NCBI RefSeq assembly: GCF_047159375.1
Contig: NZ_AP031381.1
Span: 60,001-92,000 of the forward strand
Direction of reading: 5' to 3'
DNA from: Enterobacterales bacterium endosymbiont of Anomoneura mori
GTDB taxonomy: Bacteria > Pseudomonadota > Gammaproteobacteria > Enterobacterales > Enterobacteriaceae_A
DNA: 32,000 nt
In this document: positions 1-13,459 of the stretch, in pieces
Layout: each line of letters opens with the position of its first letter
How positions within the stretch are numbered: the stretch's first letter is position 1
Program-made: the position numbers and the translations under genes
The notes under the pieces: generated by a model
The model's database searches: none
What the model saw: only the letters and a program-made list of their open reading frames with translations
Told to the model about the DNA's origin: nothing

Positions 1-2045
1 AAACAACAACTACTGAACGTATTTTATTTTATACTGGTATAAATCATAAAATAGGTGAAGTTCATGATGGTACAGCTACTATGGATTGGATGGAACAAGA
101 ACAAGAAAGAGGAATAACTATAACAGCAGCTTCTACAACTACTTTTTGGTCAGGTATGTTAAAACAATTTAAACCTCATAGAATTAATATAATTGATACA
201 CCTGGACATGTTGATTTTACTATTGAAGTAGAACGTTCTATGAGAATATTAGATGGTGTAATAATTGTATTTTGTTCTGTTGGAGGTGTTCAACCTCAAA
301 CTGAAACTGTATGGAAACAAGCTAATAAATATAATGTTCCACGTATTGTTTTTATTAATAAAATGGATAGAATTGGAGCAAATTTTTTTAAAGTTATAAA
401 ACAAATTAAAGATAATTTAAATGCTGAACCTGTATTATTACAATTACCTATTGGAAAAGAAGAAAAATTTATTGGAATAATTGATTTAATAAAAATGAAA
501 GCAATTATATGGAATAAAAATGATTTAGGAAATACATTTATTTACAAAGATATTCCAAATGATATGAAAGAAATATCTGAAAATTGGAATAAAAAAATAA
601 TAGAATCTGCAGCAGAAGTATCAGAAGAATTAATGCAAAAATATTTAGATGATAAAAAAATAAATGAAGATGAAATTAAACAAGCATTAAGAAAACGTGT
701 AATAAATAATGAAATAACTTTAATTACTTGCGGATCAGCTTTTAAAAATAAAGGTGTTCAAGCATTATTAGATTCAATTATAGAATATTTACCATCTCCA
801 AAAGATATTCCATATATTTATGGAATAGATAAAAATAAAAAAAAAATAAAACGTTTAACAAATGATAATGAATCATTTTCAGCTCTTGCATTTAAAATAA
901 TTACTGATCCTTATGTAGGTAATCTAACATTTTTTAGAGTATATTCAGGTAAAATTAATTCTGGTAGTGTTATATTAAATTCTACAAAATCTTTACGTGA
1001 AAGATTTGGTCGAATTTTACAAATGCATGCTAATAAAAGAGAAGAAATTAAAGAAATTTTTACTGGTGATATTGTTGCTGCTATAGGTTTAAAAAGTGTA
1101 ACTACTGGTGATACTTTATGTGATATTGAAAATCCTATTATTTTAGAAAAAATGGAATTTCCTACACCTGTAATTTCTATAGCAGTTGAACCAAAAACAA
1201 AAGTTGATCAAGAAAAAATGGGAATTGCTTTAAATCGTTTAGCAAAAGAAGATCCTTCTTTTCGTGTAAATTTAGATTTAGAAACTAATCAAACTATAAT
1301 TTCTGGAATGGGAGAATTACATCTTGATATAATAATAGATAGAATGAAACGTGAATTTAAAGTAGAAGCAAATATAGGAAAACCTCAAGTTGCTTATAAA
1401 GAAACAATTATTAAAAAAAGTATTAATATTGAAGGTAAATATATTAAACAAACAGGTGGTAGAGGACAATATGGTCATGTAGTTATTGATATTTATCCAT
1501 TAAAATCAACTTTAAATTTAGAAAAATATGAATTTATAAATGATATTAAAGGAGGTGTTATTCCTAATGAATATATTCCAGCTATTAAAAAAGGAATTAA
1601 AGAACAATTAAAATCAGGACCATTATCAGGATATCCAGTTGTAAATGTAGGAGTTCGTTTACATTATGGATCATATCATGATGTTGATTCTTCTGAAATA
1701 GCTTTTAAAGTTGCTTCTTCTATAGCATTTAAAAAAGGTTTTAAAAAATCAAATCCAGTATTACTTGAACCAATTATGAAAGTAGAAATTGAAACACCAA
1801 AAAATAAAATAGGTGATATAATTGGTGATTTAATTAGACGTAGAGGAATTTTAAAAAGTCAAAAAAATAATTTAAACAATATTATTGTTTTATGTGAAGT
1901 ACCTTTATCTGAAATGTTTGGATATTCAACAAGTTTAAGATCTTTAACTAAAGGAAGAGCTTTTTATTATATGGAATTTTTAAAATATGATTTATTACCT
2001 AATAATATATCAAAAAAAATTATAGAAAAAAGAGGATATAAATAA
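1..2045 (+). CDS. fusA: Elongation factor G, 5'-truncated by the window edge
   Basis: The frame of track ORF 81..2045 stays open back to the window edge (codons from nt 3: [40 protein letters not shown]), so the true start is upstream. EF-G G-domain motifs DTPGHVDF and NKMDR are present. Stop TAA at 2043-2045. tuf follows directly, as in the str operon. Confidence 0.97.
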   Translation, partial: TTTTERILFYTGINHKIGEVHDGTATMDWMEQEQERGITITAASTTTFWSGMLKQFKPHRINIIDTPGHVDFTIEVERSMRILDGVIIVFCSVGGVQPQTETVWKQANKYNVPRIVFINKMDRIGANFFKVIKQIKDNLNAEPVLLQLPIGKEEKFIGIIDLIKMKAIIWNKNDLGNTFIYKDIPNDMKEISENWNKKIIESAAEVSEELMQKYLDDKKINEDEIKQALRKRVINNEITLITCGSAFKNKGVQALLDSIIEYLPSPKDIPYIYGIDKNKKKIKRLTNDNESFSALAFKIITDPYVGNLTFFRVYSGKINSGSVILNSTKSLRERFGRILQMHANKREEIKEIFTGDIVAAIGLKSVTTGDTLCDIENPIILEKMEFPTPVISIAVEPKTKVDQEKMGIALNRLAKEDPSFRVNLDLETNQTIISGMGELHLDIIIDRMKREFKVEANIGKPQVAYKETIIKKSINIEGKYIKQTGGRGQYGHVVIDIYPLKSTLNLEKYEFINDIKGGVIPNEYIPAIKKGIKEQLKSGPLSGYPVVNVGVRLHYGSYHDVDSSEIAFKVASSIAFKKGFKKSNPVLLEPIMKVEIETPKNKIGDIIGDLIRRRGILKSQKNNLNNIIVLCEVPLSEMFGYSTSLRSLTKGRAFYYMEFLKYDLLPNNISKKIIEKRGYK

Positions 2046-2087
2046 TTTTTTATTTTAAATATTTATTTTTATTTTGAAAGGAAAAAA

Positions 2088-3275
2088 TTGTCTAAAGAAA
2101 AATTTGAACGTAAAAAAATTCATTTAAATGTTGGTACAATAGGTCATGTAGATCATGGGAAAACAACTCTTACATCTGCAATTACTACAGTATTATCAAA
2201 AAAATTTGGAGGTATTGCAAAAGCTTTTGAGCAAATAGATAATGCTCCAGAAGAAAAAGCTAGAGGGATTACAATAAATACTTCTCATGTTGAATATAAT
2301 ACAAATATTCGCCATTATGCTCATGTTGATTGTCCAGGACATGCTGATTATATAAAAAATATGATTACTGGTGCTGCACAAATGGATGGTGCAATTTTAG
2401 TTGTTGCTGCAACTGATGGCCCTATGCCTCAAACTAGAGAACATATTTTATTAAGTCGTCAAGTAGGTGTACCTTATATAATAGTTTTTTTAAATAAATG
2501 TGATATGGTAAAAGACGAAGAACTTTTAGAATTAGTAGAAATGGAAATAAAAGAACTTTTAACAAAATATAATTTTCCAGGAGATAAAACACCAATAATT
2601 AGAGGCTCAGCGTTAAAAGCATTAGAAGGAGATAAAAAATGGATTGAAAAAATTTTAGAACTTTCTAATTGTTTAGATTCATATATACCTGAACCTAAGC
2701 GTTTAATTGAAAAAGATTTTTTATTACCTATTGAAGATGTTTTTTCTATTTCTGGAAGAGGTACTGTAGTAACTGGTAGAGTAGAAAAAGGAATTATTAA
2801 AGTAGGTGAAGAAATTGAAATAATAGGAATTAAGAAAACTATTAAAACTATTTGTACAGGTGTTGAAATGTTTAGAAAATTATTAGATGAAGGTAGAGCA
2901 GGAGAAAATATTGGTATTTTATTACGTGGAATTAAACGTGAAGATATTGAAAGAGGTCAAGTTTTAGCAAAACCTGGATCAATTAAACCTTATACTACTT
3001 TTGAATCAGAAGTTTACATATTAAATAAAGAAGAAGGTGGAAGACATACTCCTTTTTTTAAAGGTTATAAACCTCAATTTTATTTTAGAACTACTGATGT
3101 AACTGGTACAATTGAATTTTTAAATAAAAAAATTGAAATGGTTATGCCTGGTGATAATATAAAAATGTTAGTTACTTTAATTAATCCTATTGCTATGGAT
3201 GTTGGTTTGCGTTTTGCAATTAGAGAGGGTGGAAAAACTGTTGGAGCAGGATTGGTTACTAAAATAATTTCATAA
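2088..3275 (+). CDS. tuf: Elongation factor Tu
   Basis: 395 aa. N-terminus SKEKFERKK is colinear with E. coli EF-Tu. GTPase motifs [14 protein letters not shown] and NKCD are present. TTG start at 2088-2090. AAAGGA lies 5-11 nt upstream. Confidence 0.97.
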   Translation: MSKEKFERKKIHLNVGTIGHVDHGKTTLTSAITTVLSKKFGGIAKAFEQIDNAPEEKARGITINTSHVEYNTNIRHYAHVDCPGHADYIKNMITGAAQMDGAILVVAATDGPMPQTREHILLSRQVGVPYIIVFLNKCDMVKDEELLELVEMEIKELLTKYNFPGDKTPIIRGSALKALEGDKKWIEKILELSNCLDSYIPEPKRLIEKDFLLPIEDVFSISGRGTVVTGRVEKGIIKVGEEIEIIGIKKTIKTICTGVEMFRKLLDEGRAGENIGILLRGIKREDIERGQVLAKPGSIKPYTTFESEVYILNKEEGGRHTPFFKGYKPQFYFRTTDVTGTIEFLNKKIEMVMPGDNIKMLVTLINPIAMDVGLRFAIREGGKTVGAGLVTKIIS

Positions 3276-3364
3276 TTTATTAAAATTTAATTTTTTTTAA
3301 GATTTAATAAATTTATTTCAAATTAATAATAATTTATAAATATAAATTTTAAAAATTATTTTTT

Positions 3365-3685
3365 ATGAAAGTAATTGATCAAATAAAAAAACAAATAGAT
3401 AACAATTTAATTTTAATATATATGAAAGGAACTCCAAAAAATCCAAGTTGTATATTTTCTGAAAAAGCTGTAAAAATTTTAAGTAAATGTTGTAATAAAT
3501 TTGCTTATGTTAATATTTTAAAAAAACAATTTGTAAAATCTGAATTATTTAAATATTCAAATTGGATTACTTTTCCTCAAATATTTATAAATAAAGAATT
3601 CATAGGTGGTTATGATATTCTTAAATATCTTTATAAAACAGGTGAATTACAAAATGTAATTAAAAAAATTAAAAAAAATATTTAA
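3365..3685 (+). CDS. grxD: Monothiol (Grx4-type) glutaredoxin with variant active site CIFS
   Basis: 106 aa, colinear with E. coli Grx4: ILIYMKGTPKNPSC.FS, FAYVNIL, W.TFPQ.F, GGYD. The CGFS motif reads C-I-F-S (tgt ata ttt tct, 3449-3460). Confidence 0.85.
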   Translation: MKVIDQIKKQIDNNLILIYMKGTPKNPSCIFSEKAVKILSKCCNKFAYVNILKKQFVKSELFKYSNWITFPQIFINKEFIGGYDILKYLYKTGELQNVIKKIKKNI

Positions 3686-3689
3686 AATT

Positions 3690-4790
3690 TTATATTATTA
3701 CTGGCATTATAATATATAAATATTTTATATTTTTATTAAAATATTTTATTTGAATACTATTATCGTTATTTTTAATTAAAATATTTATATTTTTTTTTTT
3801 TAAATAATTTAATATTGGTAAGATATAATTTAAATTAATTCCAATTTTTTTTTTAGGTCCATTATAAATTATTTTTATATACTCTATAGCTTCTTCTTTA
3901 GGAGGTTTATGTGTTTTAATTTTTAATTTATTATTATTTAAAGTTAAATATACAATATTAAATTTTTCACTTGATAAAATAGAAACACGTTTTATTGCAT
4001 TTTTTAAATTTTCAGAATTTATTTCAAAATTTTCACCTTCATTATCATTTAATATTTTTTTATAATTAGGATAATTACCATTTATTAATTTAGAAGTAAA
4101 AATTAAATTTTTTATATATATACGTATATTATTTTTTCCAATTTGTAATTTTAAATTTCCTTCTTTTAATATTTTTAATATTTCAAAAATTATTTTTTTT
4201 GGTATAATTATTGAACAAAAAGGTAAATCTTCTTTAATATATAATGTTGCAATAGATAATCTATGTCCATCTGAAGTAGTACATTTAATTATGTTTTTTT
4301 TAATTTCTAAATAAATATTATTTAAACAATATCTAATATCATTATTAGATATTGAAAAAAATGTACTTTTAATTATTTTTTTAAATATACATTGATTTAA
4401 TTTAAATTCTAATTGAGTTAAAATTTTCCATTTATCTATATTTGGAAAATTATCAGCAGGTAATGTAGATAAACAAAATTTACTAAATTTTGATTTTATA
4501 ATTATTAATTCTTTATTTAATTTTACTAATACTTCAGAATTTTTTGATAAATTTTTAAATATATTTATAAAATTACGTGTAGAAACTGTTATTCTACCAT
4601 TTTCATTTTTTCCTAAAAGGTTAATTTTTGATATTACTTCTATATCTTGATTTGAATTTATTATAGTTAAAATATTATTTTTAATTTCTAATAAAATATT
4701 ATTATATATATATAAATTATTAATATTTAATGTGTAATTTAATTGATGAATATTGTTTAATAATGTTTCTCTTTTAATTATAAATTTCAT
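3690..4790 (-). CDS. dnaN: DNA polymerase III beta sliding clamp
   Basis: 366 aa, the same length as E. coli DnaN. N-terminus MKFIIKRETLL resembles MKFTVEREHLL. C-terminus IIMPVII resembles YVVMPMRL. Confidence 0.9.
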   Translation of the reverse strand: MKFIIKRETLLNNIHQLNYTLNINNLYIYNNILLEIKNNILTIINSNQDIEVISKINLLGKNENGRITVSTRNFINIFKNLSKNSEVLVKLNKELIIIKSKFSKFCLSTLPADNFPNIDKWKILTQLEFKLNQCIFKKIIKSTFFSISNNDIRYCLNNIYLEIKKNIIKCTTSDGHRLSIATLYIKEDLPFCSIIIPKKIIFEILKILKEGNLKLQIGKNNIRIYIKNLIFTSKLINGNYPNYKKILNDNEGENFEINSENLKNAIKRVSILSSEKFNIVYLTLNNNKLKIKTHKPPKEEAIEYIKIIYNGPKKKIGINLNYILPILNYLKKKNINILIKNNDNSIQIKYFNKNIKYLYIIMPVII

Positions 4791-4829
4791 ATTACTCCAT
4801 TTTTATATTAAAATAAAATTATTTTAAAA

Positions 4830-4902
4830 TGGGTCGTGCGGGATTTGAACCTGCGACCAATTGATTAAAAGTCAACTGCTCTACCGACTGAGCTAACGAC
4901 CC
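4830..4902 (-). tRNA. lysT: tRNA-Lys (anticodon UUU), no encoded CCA
   Basis: Reverse complement GGGTCGTTAGCTCAGTCGGTAGAGCAGTTGACTTTTAATCAATTGGTCGCAGGTTCAAATCCTGCACGACCCA folds as a cloverleaf (7-bp acceptor, D, anticodon loop CTTTTAA, T arm GCAGG/CCTGC). It is nearly identical to E. coli tRNA-Lys. TTT, not CCA, follows the discriminator. Confidence 0.95.
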
Positions 4903-4921
4903 AATTTTTTTTTATAAATAT

Positions 4922-4949
4922 ATTATAACATAAAAAAAAAAAATTGCAA
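4922..4949 (-). promoter_or_regulatory. Putative sigma70 promoter for tRNA-Lys (and probably dnaN), extended -10 type
   Basis: Minus strand reads TTGCAA (4949-4944), a 16-nt spacer, then TGtTATAAT (TG at 4930-4929, TATAAT at 4927-4922). The predicted start is about 10-15 nt upstream of the tRNA 5' end at 4902. Confidence 0.45.
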
Positions 4950-5079
4950 CTAATATTTATTATTTAAAAATTTATTATATTTAATATTAAATAATATTTT
5001 TTTATTTTATATTTAAAACTATTTAAATATTTATAATTAAAAATAATTAAACAAGTTATAAATATTTTTAATTAAATGC

Positions 5080-5108
5080 TTGACATTAAAATAAAAAAAT
5101 AATATAAT
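5080..5108 (+). promoter_or_regulatory. Putative rrn operon promoter (perfect sigma70 consensus)
   Basis: TTGACA (5080-5085), a 17-nt spacer, then TATAAT (5103-5108), about 155 nt upstream of mature 16S. TTGACA stands out in otherwise G/C-free DNA. Confidence 0.55.
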
Positions 5109-5116
5109 ATTAATTC

Positions 5117-5151
5117 AAAAGTTTAAATAAATATTTTTTATTTAAACTTTT
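5117..5151 (+). other. rrn leader hairpin (14-bp perfect stem, 7-nt loop), possibly boxB-like
   Basis: AAAAGTTTAAATAA (5117-5130) is the exact reverse complement of TTATTTAAACTTTT (5138-5151). It sits just downstream of the predicted transcription start. Confidence 0.4.
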
Positions 5152-5161
5152 GGGTAATTTG

Positions 5162-5172
5162 TGGGCACTCAC
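5162..5172 (+). promoter_or_regulatory. 5' half of the 16S precursor processing stem (RNase III-type)
   Basis: TGGGCACTCAC (5162-5172) is the exact reverse complement of GTGAGTGCCCA (6826-6836), which lies just 3' of 16S. Both are G/C-rich islands in AT-rich flanks. Confidence 0.55.
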
Positions 5173-5263
5173 AGAAAATTTTAATCTCTTTTGAGATTTA
5201 TTTAATTTTTTATATACAGTAAATAAACATGTAAATTATGAATTAGAAATAAAAAATGTTTTA

Positions 5264-6812
<1,549 letters not shown>

Positions 6813-6825
6813 CTTTATTTAAATC

Positions 6826-6836
6826 GTGAGTGCCCA
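6826..6836 (+). promoter_or_regulatory. 3' half of the 16S precursor processing stem
   Basis: Complementary to 5162-5172 (see that feature). Confidence 0.55.
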
Positions 6837-6867
6837 TAGTTACTTTTTATACAACCTATTAAATAAT

Positions 6868-6941
6868 AGGCTTGTAGCTCAGATGGCCAGAGCACACCCC
6901 TGATAAGGGTGAGGTCGGTGGTTCAATTCCACTCAGGCCTA
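6868..6941 (+). tRNA. ileT: tRNA-Ile (anticodon GAU), no encoded CCA
   Basis: AGGCTTGTAGCTCAG...CACCCCTGATAAGGGTG...GGTGGTTCAATTCCACTCAGGCCTA is nearly identical to the E. coli spacer tRNA-Ile. TTT follows the discriminator A. Confidence 0.96.
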
Positions 6942-6973
6942 TTTTTTATATAATTGATTTAAATATTAAATTA

Positions 6974-7046
6974 GGGGCTATAGCTCAATTGGTAGAGCAT
7001 CTGCTTTGCAAGTAGAAGGTCATCGGTTCGATTCCGCTTAGCTCCA
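6974..7046 (+). tRNA. alaT: tRNA-Ala (anticodon UGC), no encoded CCA
   Basis: GGGGCTATAGCTCAATTGGTAGAGCATCTGCTTTGCAAGTAGAAGGTCATCGGTTCGATTCCGCTTAGCTCCA. The G3:U70 identity pair is retained. TCT follows the discriminator. Confidence 0.96.
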
Positions 7047-7096
7047 TCTTTTTATTAAATTATTTTAATTTTTTATTTATTATATTATTATTACAA

Positions 7097-9983
<2,887 letters not shown>

Positions 9984-10047
9984 GTTTAATTTAAAAATTT
10001 TATATTAAATTGATATATAAATATTTTGGTTATTTTTTAAAATTTTT

Positions 10048-10167
10048 CGCCTGGCAAAGATAGCACAGTAGTACCACCTGATCCCATTCCGAACTCAGAA
10101 GTGAAATGCTGTAACGCCAATGGTAGTGTGAGGTTCCCTCATGCAAGAGTAGGAAATTGCCAGGCAT
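10048..10167 (+). rRNA. rrf: 5S ribosomal RNA
   Basis: CGCCTGGCAAAGATAGCACAGTAGTACCACCTGATCCCATTCCGAACTCAGAAGTGAAA...GAGTAGGAAATTGCCAGGCAT is colinear with E. coli 5S. Length 120 nt. Confidence 0.95.
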
Positions 10168-10229
10168 TATTTTAAAAATTATTTTAGATAGTGTTTTATT
10201 TTATATAATTTATTATATATTATATAAAA

Positions 10230-10487
10230 TTAAAAAAGTTTTATATTTACAATTTTTTTATTTTTTTGACCTTTTTTTTTAAATTCAATTTTACCTTTTT
10301 TTAATGCAAATAAAGTATGATCTTTAGCACAACCTACATAATTACCAGCATGGAATTTATTTCCTTTTTGTCTTATAATAATATTACCAGGAAAAACTAA
10401 TTCACCACCAAATTTTTTTATTCCTAATCTTTTAGATTTAGAATCACGTCCATTTTTTGTAGAACCCCCAGCTTTTTTTTGTGCCAT
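10230..10487 (-). CDS. rpmA: 50S ribosomal protein L27
   Basis: 85 aa. [28 protein letters not shown]...[18 protein letters not shown] matches E. coli L27 almost residue for residue. Confidence 0.97.
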   Translation of the reverse strand: MAQKKAGGSTKNGRDSKSKRLGIKKFGGELVFPGNIIIRQKGNKFHAGNYVGCAKDHTLFALKKGKIEFKKKGQKNKKIVNIKLF

Positions 10488-10497
10488 TGTTTCCTTT

Positions 10498-10812
10498 TTA
10501 TATTTTTAATATTTTAATAATTTTAATAATTGTATATTTTTGACGATGTCCTAAATGTTTTTTTTGATGTTTTCTACGTTTAAATTTTATTATTTTTTTT
10601 TTAATATCTTTTATATGATTAATAATTTCTGCATTAATTATGATATTATTAATAAAAGGTTTACCAATTTTAATATATTTGTTATTAACAAATAAAAGAA
10701 TTTTTTTTAATTTTATTTTATTTCCGATTTTATCATTTATTTTTTCAATACATAAAATTTTATTTTCTTCTACTTTATATTGTTTACCACCATTTTCAAC
10801 AATTGCATACAT
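10498..10812 (-). CDS. rplU: 50S ribosomal protein L21
   Basis: 104 aa. [16 protein letters not shown] resembles E. coli MYAVFQSGGKQHRVSE. It lies directly upstream of rpmA, as in the conserved rplU-rpmA pair. Confidence 0.93.
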   Translation of the reverse strand: MYAIVENGGKQYKVEENKILCIEKINDKIGNKIKLKKILLFVNNKYIKIGKPFINNIIINAEIINHIKDIKKKIIKFKRRKHQKKHLGHRQKYTIIKIIKILKI

Positions 10813-10888
10813 TTTTAAAAGCCTTTTTAAAAATAATAAAAAAATTTATAATTAATATATCTAATAAAATAAAATATTTAATATTTTT

Positions 10889-12349
10889 TTAATTCCAATA
10901 TCTTTTATCATTTTTTAATAAATTATTTGATTCTTCAGGTCCCCAAGAACCGGACTTATATAAGATAGGTGTCATTTTTTTTTCTTTCCATCCATTTATT
11001 ATAGAATCAACCCATTTCCAAGACTCTTCAATTTCTTCATGACTTATAAAAAGCGTTTTAATACCTTTCATAATTTCTAATATTAAACGTTCATAAGCAT
11101 CTGGTTTATGATTTTTATCATTTTTTTTATAAAAATTTAAATTTAATTTATTTAATTGTAAATTATATTTATTTTTTAAATTTAATATTTTATTTAATAT
11201 ATGTATTTCAATTCCTTCATTTGGTTGTAAACGAATAATAAGTTTATTTTGTGGTAATTCTTTAATATTATCATTAAATAAATTTATAGGTAATTTTTTA
11301 TAATATATTACAATTTCTGAAAGTTTTTTATTTAAACGTTTCCCAGTACGTAAATAAAATGGTACTCCTGACCATTTAAAATTATCTATATCTACACGAA
11401 TAGAAACAAAGGTTTCAGTATTACTTTTTTTATTTAAACCAATTTCTTCTAAATAACTTGACACAGTTTTATTATTAATTATTCCAGATGTATATTGACC
11501 TATTACTGTTTTTTTTTCAACATTATTGTAATCAATACATCTTAAAGAACGTAAAATTTTAATTTTTTCATTTTTAATACTTTTAGAATTTAAATTTAAT
11601 GGAATTGACATAGTGATTAATAATAATATTTGAAGTAAATGATTTTGAACCATATCTCTCATTTGTCCAACTTTATCAAAATATTCAAATCTTCCTTCAA
11701 TTCCAACTTCTTCTGAAATTGTTATTTGAACAGAATCAATAATATTATTATCCCAATTTGAAAAAAATAAATTATTTGCAAAACGTAATATTAATAAATT
11801 AAGAATTGTTTCTTTACCTAAATAATGATCAATTCTATAAATTTGCGATTCATTAAAATATTTTAAAATTTTATTATTTATTTGATTATATGTTTTTAAA
11901 TTATTTCCTAAAGGTTTTTCTAATACAATACGTGATAATTTATTATTAATTTTTATTTTTTTTAATCCTTTACATATATCAACAAAAGTATTAGAAGGCA
12001 TAGCAAAATAATTAATTAGAATATTATTTTTTTTGTTTAAAATATTTTTTAAATTTAAAAAATTATTAATATGATAAATATCTAAATTGCAAAATTTTAA
12101 ACGAGAACTAAATTTTATCCAAATTTTTTTATCAATTTTTTCATTTAAAAAATTAATTAATGATTTTTTTACTAAATTAATATATTCTTCATTTTTCCAA
12201 TTTGCACGTCCAACACCTATTATACGAGTATCTTTATGAATATATTTAAATTTTTCTAAATAATATAATGAAGGTAATAATTTTCTTTTTGCTAAATCTC
12301 CTTTAGTTCCAAAAATTATAAAATCACAAGCTTTCATTATTTTATTCAT
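10889..12349 (-). CDS. zwf: Glucose-6-phosphate 1-dehydrogenase
   Basis: 486 aa. NADP-binding FIIFGTKGDLAKRKLLPSLYYL, active-site RIDHYLGKE and EKP motifs are present. Length is close to the E. coli enzyme. Confidence 0.93.
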   Translation of the reverse strand: MNKIMKACDFIIFGTKGDLAKRKLLPSLYYLEKFKYIHKDTRIIGVGRANWKNEEYINLVKKSLINFLNEKIDKKIWIKFSSRLKFCNLDIYHINNFLNLKNILNKKNNILINYFAMPSNTFVDICKGLKKIKINNKLSRIVLEKPLGNNLKTYNQINNKILKYFNESQIYRIDHYLGKETILNLLILRFANNLFFSNWDNNIIDSVQITISEEVGIEGRFEYFDKVGQMRDMVQNHLLQILLLITMSIPLNLNSKSIKNEKIKILRSLRCIDYNNVEKKTVIGQYTSGIINNKTVSSYLEEIGLNKKSNTETFVSIRVDIDNFKWSGVPFYLRTGKRLNKKLSEIVIYYKKLPINLFNDNIKELPQNKLIIRLQPNEGIEIHILNKILNLKNKYNLQLNKLNLNFYKKNDKNHKPDAYERLILEIMKGIKTLFISHEEIEESWKWVDSIINGWKEKKMTPILYKSGSWGPEESNNLLKNDKRYWN

Positions 12350-12388
12350 TTTTTCTCTAATTTTAAATTTAATTATTTTAAAAAATTT

Positions 12389-13153
12389 TTAATTTTGAAA
12401 ATTTTTTGAAAATTTTATTATTTTTAAAAAAATATCAAAATTTAAAGATGAATTTCCTACTAAAACACCATTAATATCTGGTTGAATTAATAATTCTTTT
12501 ATATTTTTATCTGTAACAGAACCTCCGTATTGTATTACAATTTCTTTTGATATTTTTTTATCATATAAATAAATTTTAGAACGTATAAATTTATGTATTT
12601 TTTGAATTTCTAAATAATTTATTGATATATCTTTACCAATTGCCCATACGGGTTCATATGCGATAATACAATTTTCAAGTACTTTTATACCCATTTTTTT
12701 TATAATATAATTAATTTGATTATAACAAACTTCTTTAGTTTTACCATTTTTTTTTTCGTTATATGTTTCTCCAATACATAATATAGGAATCAAATTATTT
12801 TCTTTGACAATTTTAAATTTTTTATAAATTATTTCATCATTTTCATTATGGTTTATTCTTCTTTCAGAATGACCAATTAATACATATTTTACACCTATAT
12901 CTTTTAACATTGCAACAGAAATTTCTCCAGTAAACGCTCCAAATAAATTAATATCAACATTTTGAGCACATACTTTTATATTACTATTTTTTAATTTTTC
13001 TATAATTTTTTGTAAATAAATTAATGGAGGAGCTATAATAACATTATTTATTTTATTTTTATTTATTTCATAAAGTAATTTTTTTATATAATCGTTAATA
13101 AAATATTTATTTCCATTTAATTTCCAATTTGCAATAATTAAAGATTTTTTCAT
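12389..13153 (-). CDS. tpiA: Triosephosphate isomerase
   Basis: 254 aa. Contains ANWKLNG, IGHSERR, AYEPVWAIG and YGGSV. Confidence 0.95.
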   Translation of the reverse strand: MKKSLIIANWKLNGNKYFINDYIKKLLYEINKNKINNVIIAPPLIYLQKIIEKLKNSNIKVCAQNVDINLFGAFTGEISVAMLKDIGVKYVLIGHSERRINHNENDEIIYKKFKIVKENNLIPILCIGETYNEKKNGKTKEVCYNQINYIIKKMGIKVLENCIIAYEPVWAIGKDISINYLEIQKIHKFIRSKIYLYDKKISKEIVIQYGGSVTDKNIKELLIQPDINGVLVGNSSLNFDIFLKIIKFSKNFQN

Positions 13154-13459
13154 ATTTTAATATATTTAAAATATTATTTATTGATTATTTAAAAAATAAT
13201 TTTTAAATACATAAATAAATATTTAAATTAATAAAAAAAAATAAAAATATATATATTGATATTAAATAATTTATTATTTATACTTGATTATTTTAAAAAA
13301 ATAATTATATTGTATTTATTAAATATTTTAAATTTTATATTTATAAAAAATTTAAAATTATTTAATTATAAAATATAACATTATAATATAATTAATATTA
13401 ATTAATATTAATTTTAAATAATTTAAAAAAATTATTTATAACAAAGGAGACAAAACCAA

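Noticed and set aside
1490-1502. DnaA-box-like TTATCCATT inside fusA, and a general search for an origin near dnaN
   Set aside because: It is a single 7-of-9 match inside a coding region. There is no cluster of boxes and no AT-rich 13-mer organisation distinguishable from background.
2196-2381. 61-aa ORF antisense to tuf
   Set aside because: It is fully nested in the highly conserved EF-Tu coding region on the opposite strand, has no RBS, and its composition mirrors tuf codons.
10198-10230. 12-bp A/T-only hairpin (ATTTTATATAAT / ATTATATAAAAT) between 5S rRNA and the rpmA stop, possibly a bidirectional terminator
   Set aside because: The stem is pure A/T and weak, overlaps the rpmA stop codon, and is within chance expectation. 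I cannot support calling it a terminator.
10640-10855. 71-aa ORF antisense to rplU
   Set aside because: It is the low-complexity I/L/F translation of the reverse strand of a lysine-rich gene and overlaps the rplU start region.
13381-13440. Possible Fur box (AT-rich dyads such as ATTAATATTAATTAATATTAAT) upstream of ftn
   Set aside because: The Fur consensus is itself AT-rich. In G/C-free DNA, partial matches are unavoidable, the characteristic G/C positions (GATAATGATAATCATTATC) are absent, and I cannot tell whether the genome has fur.
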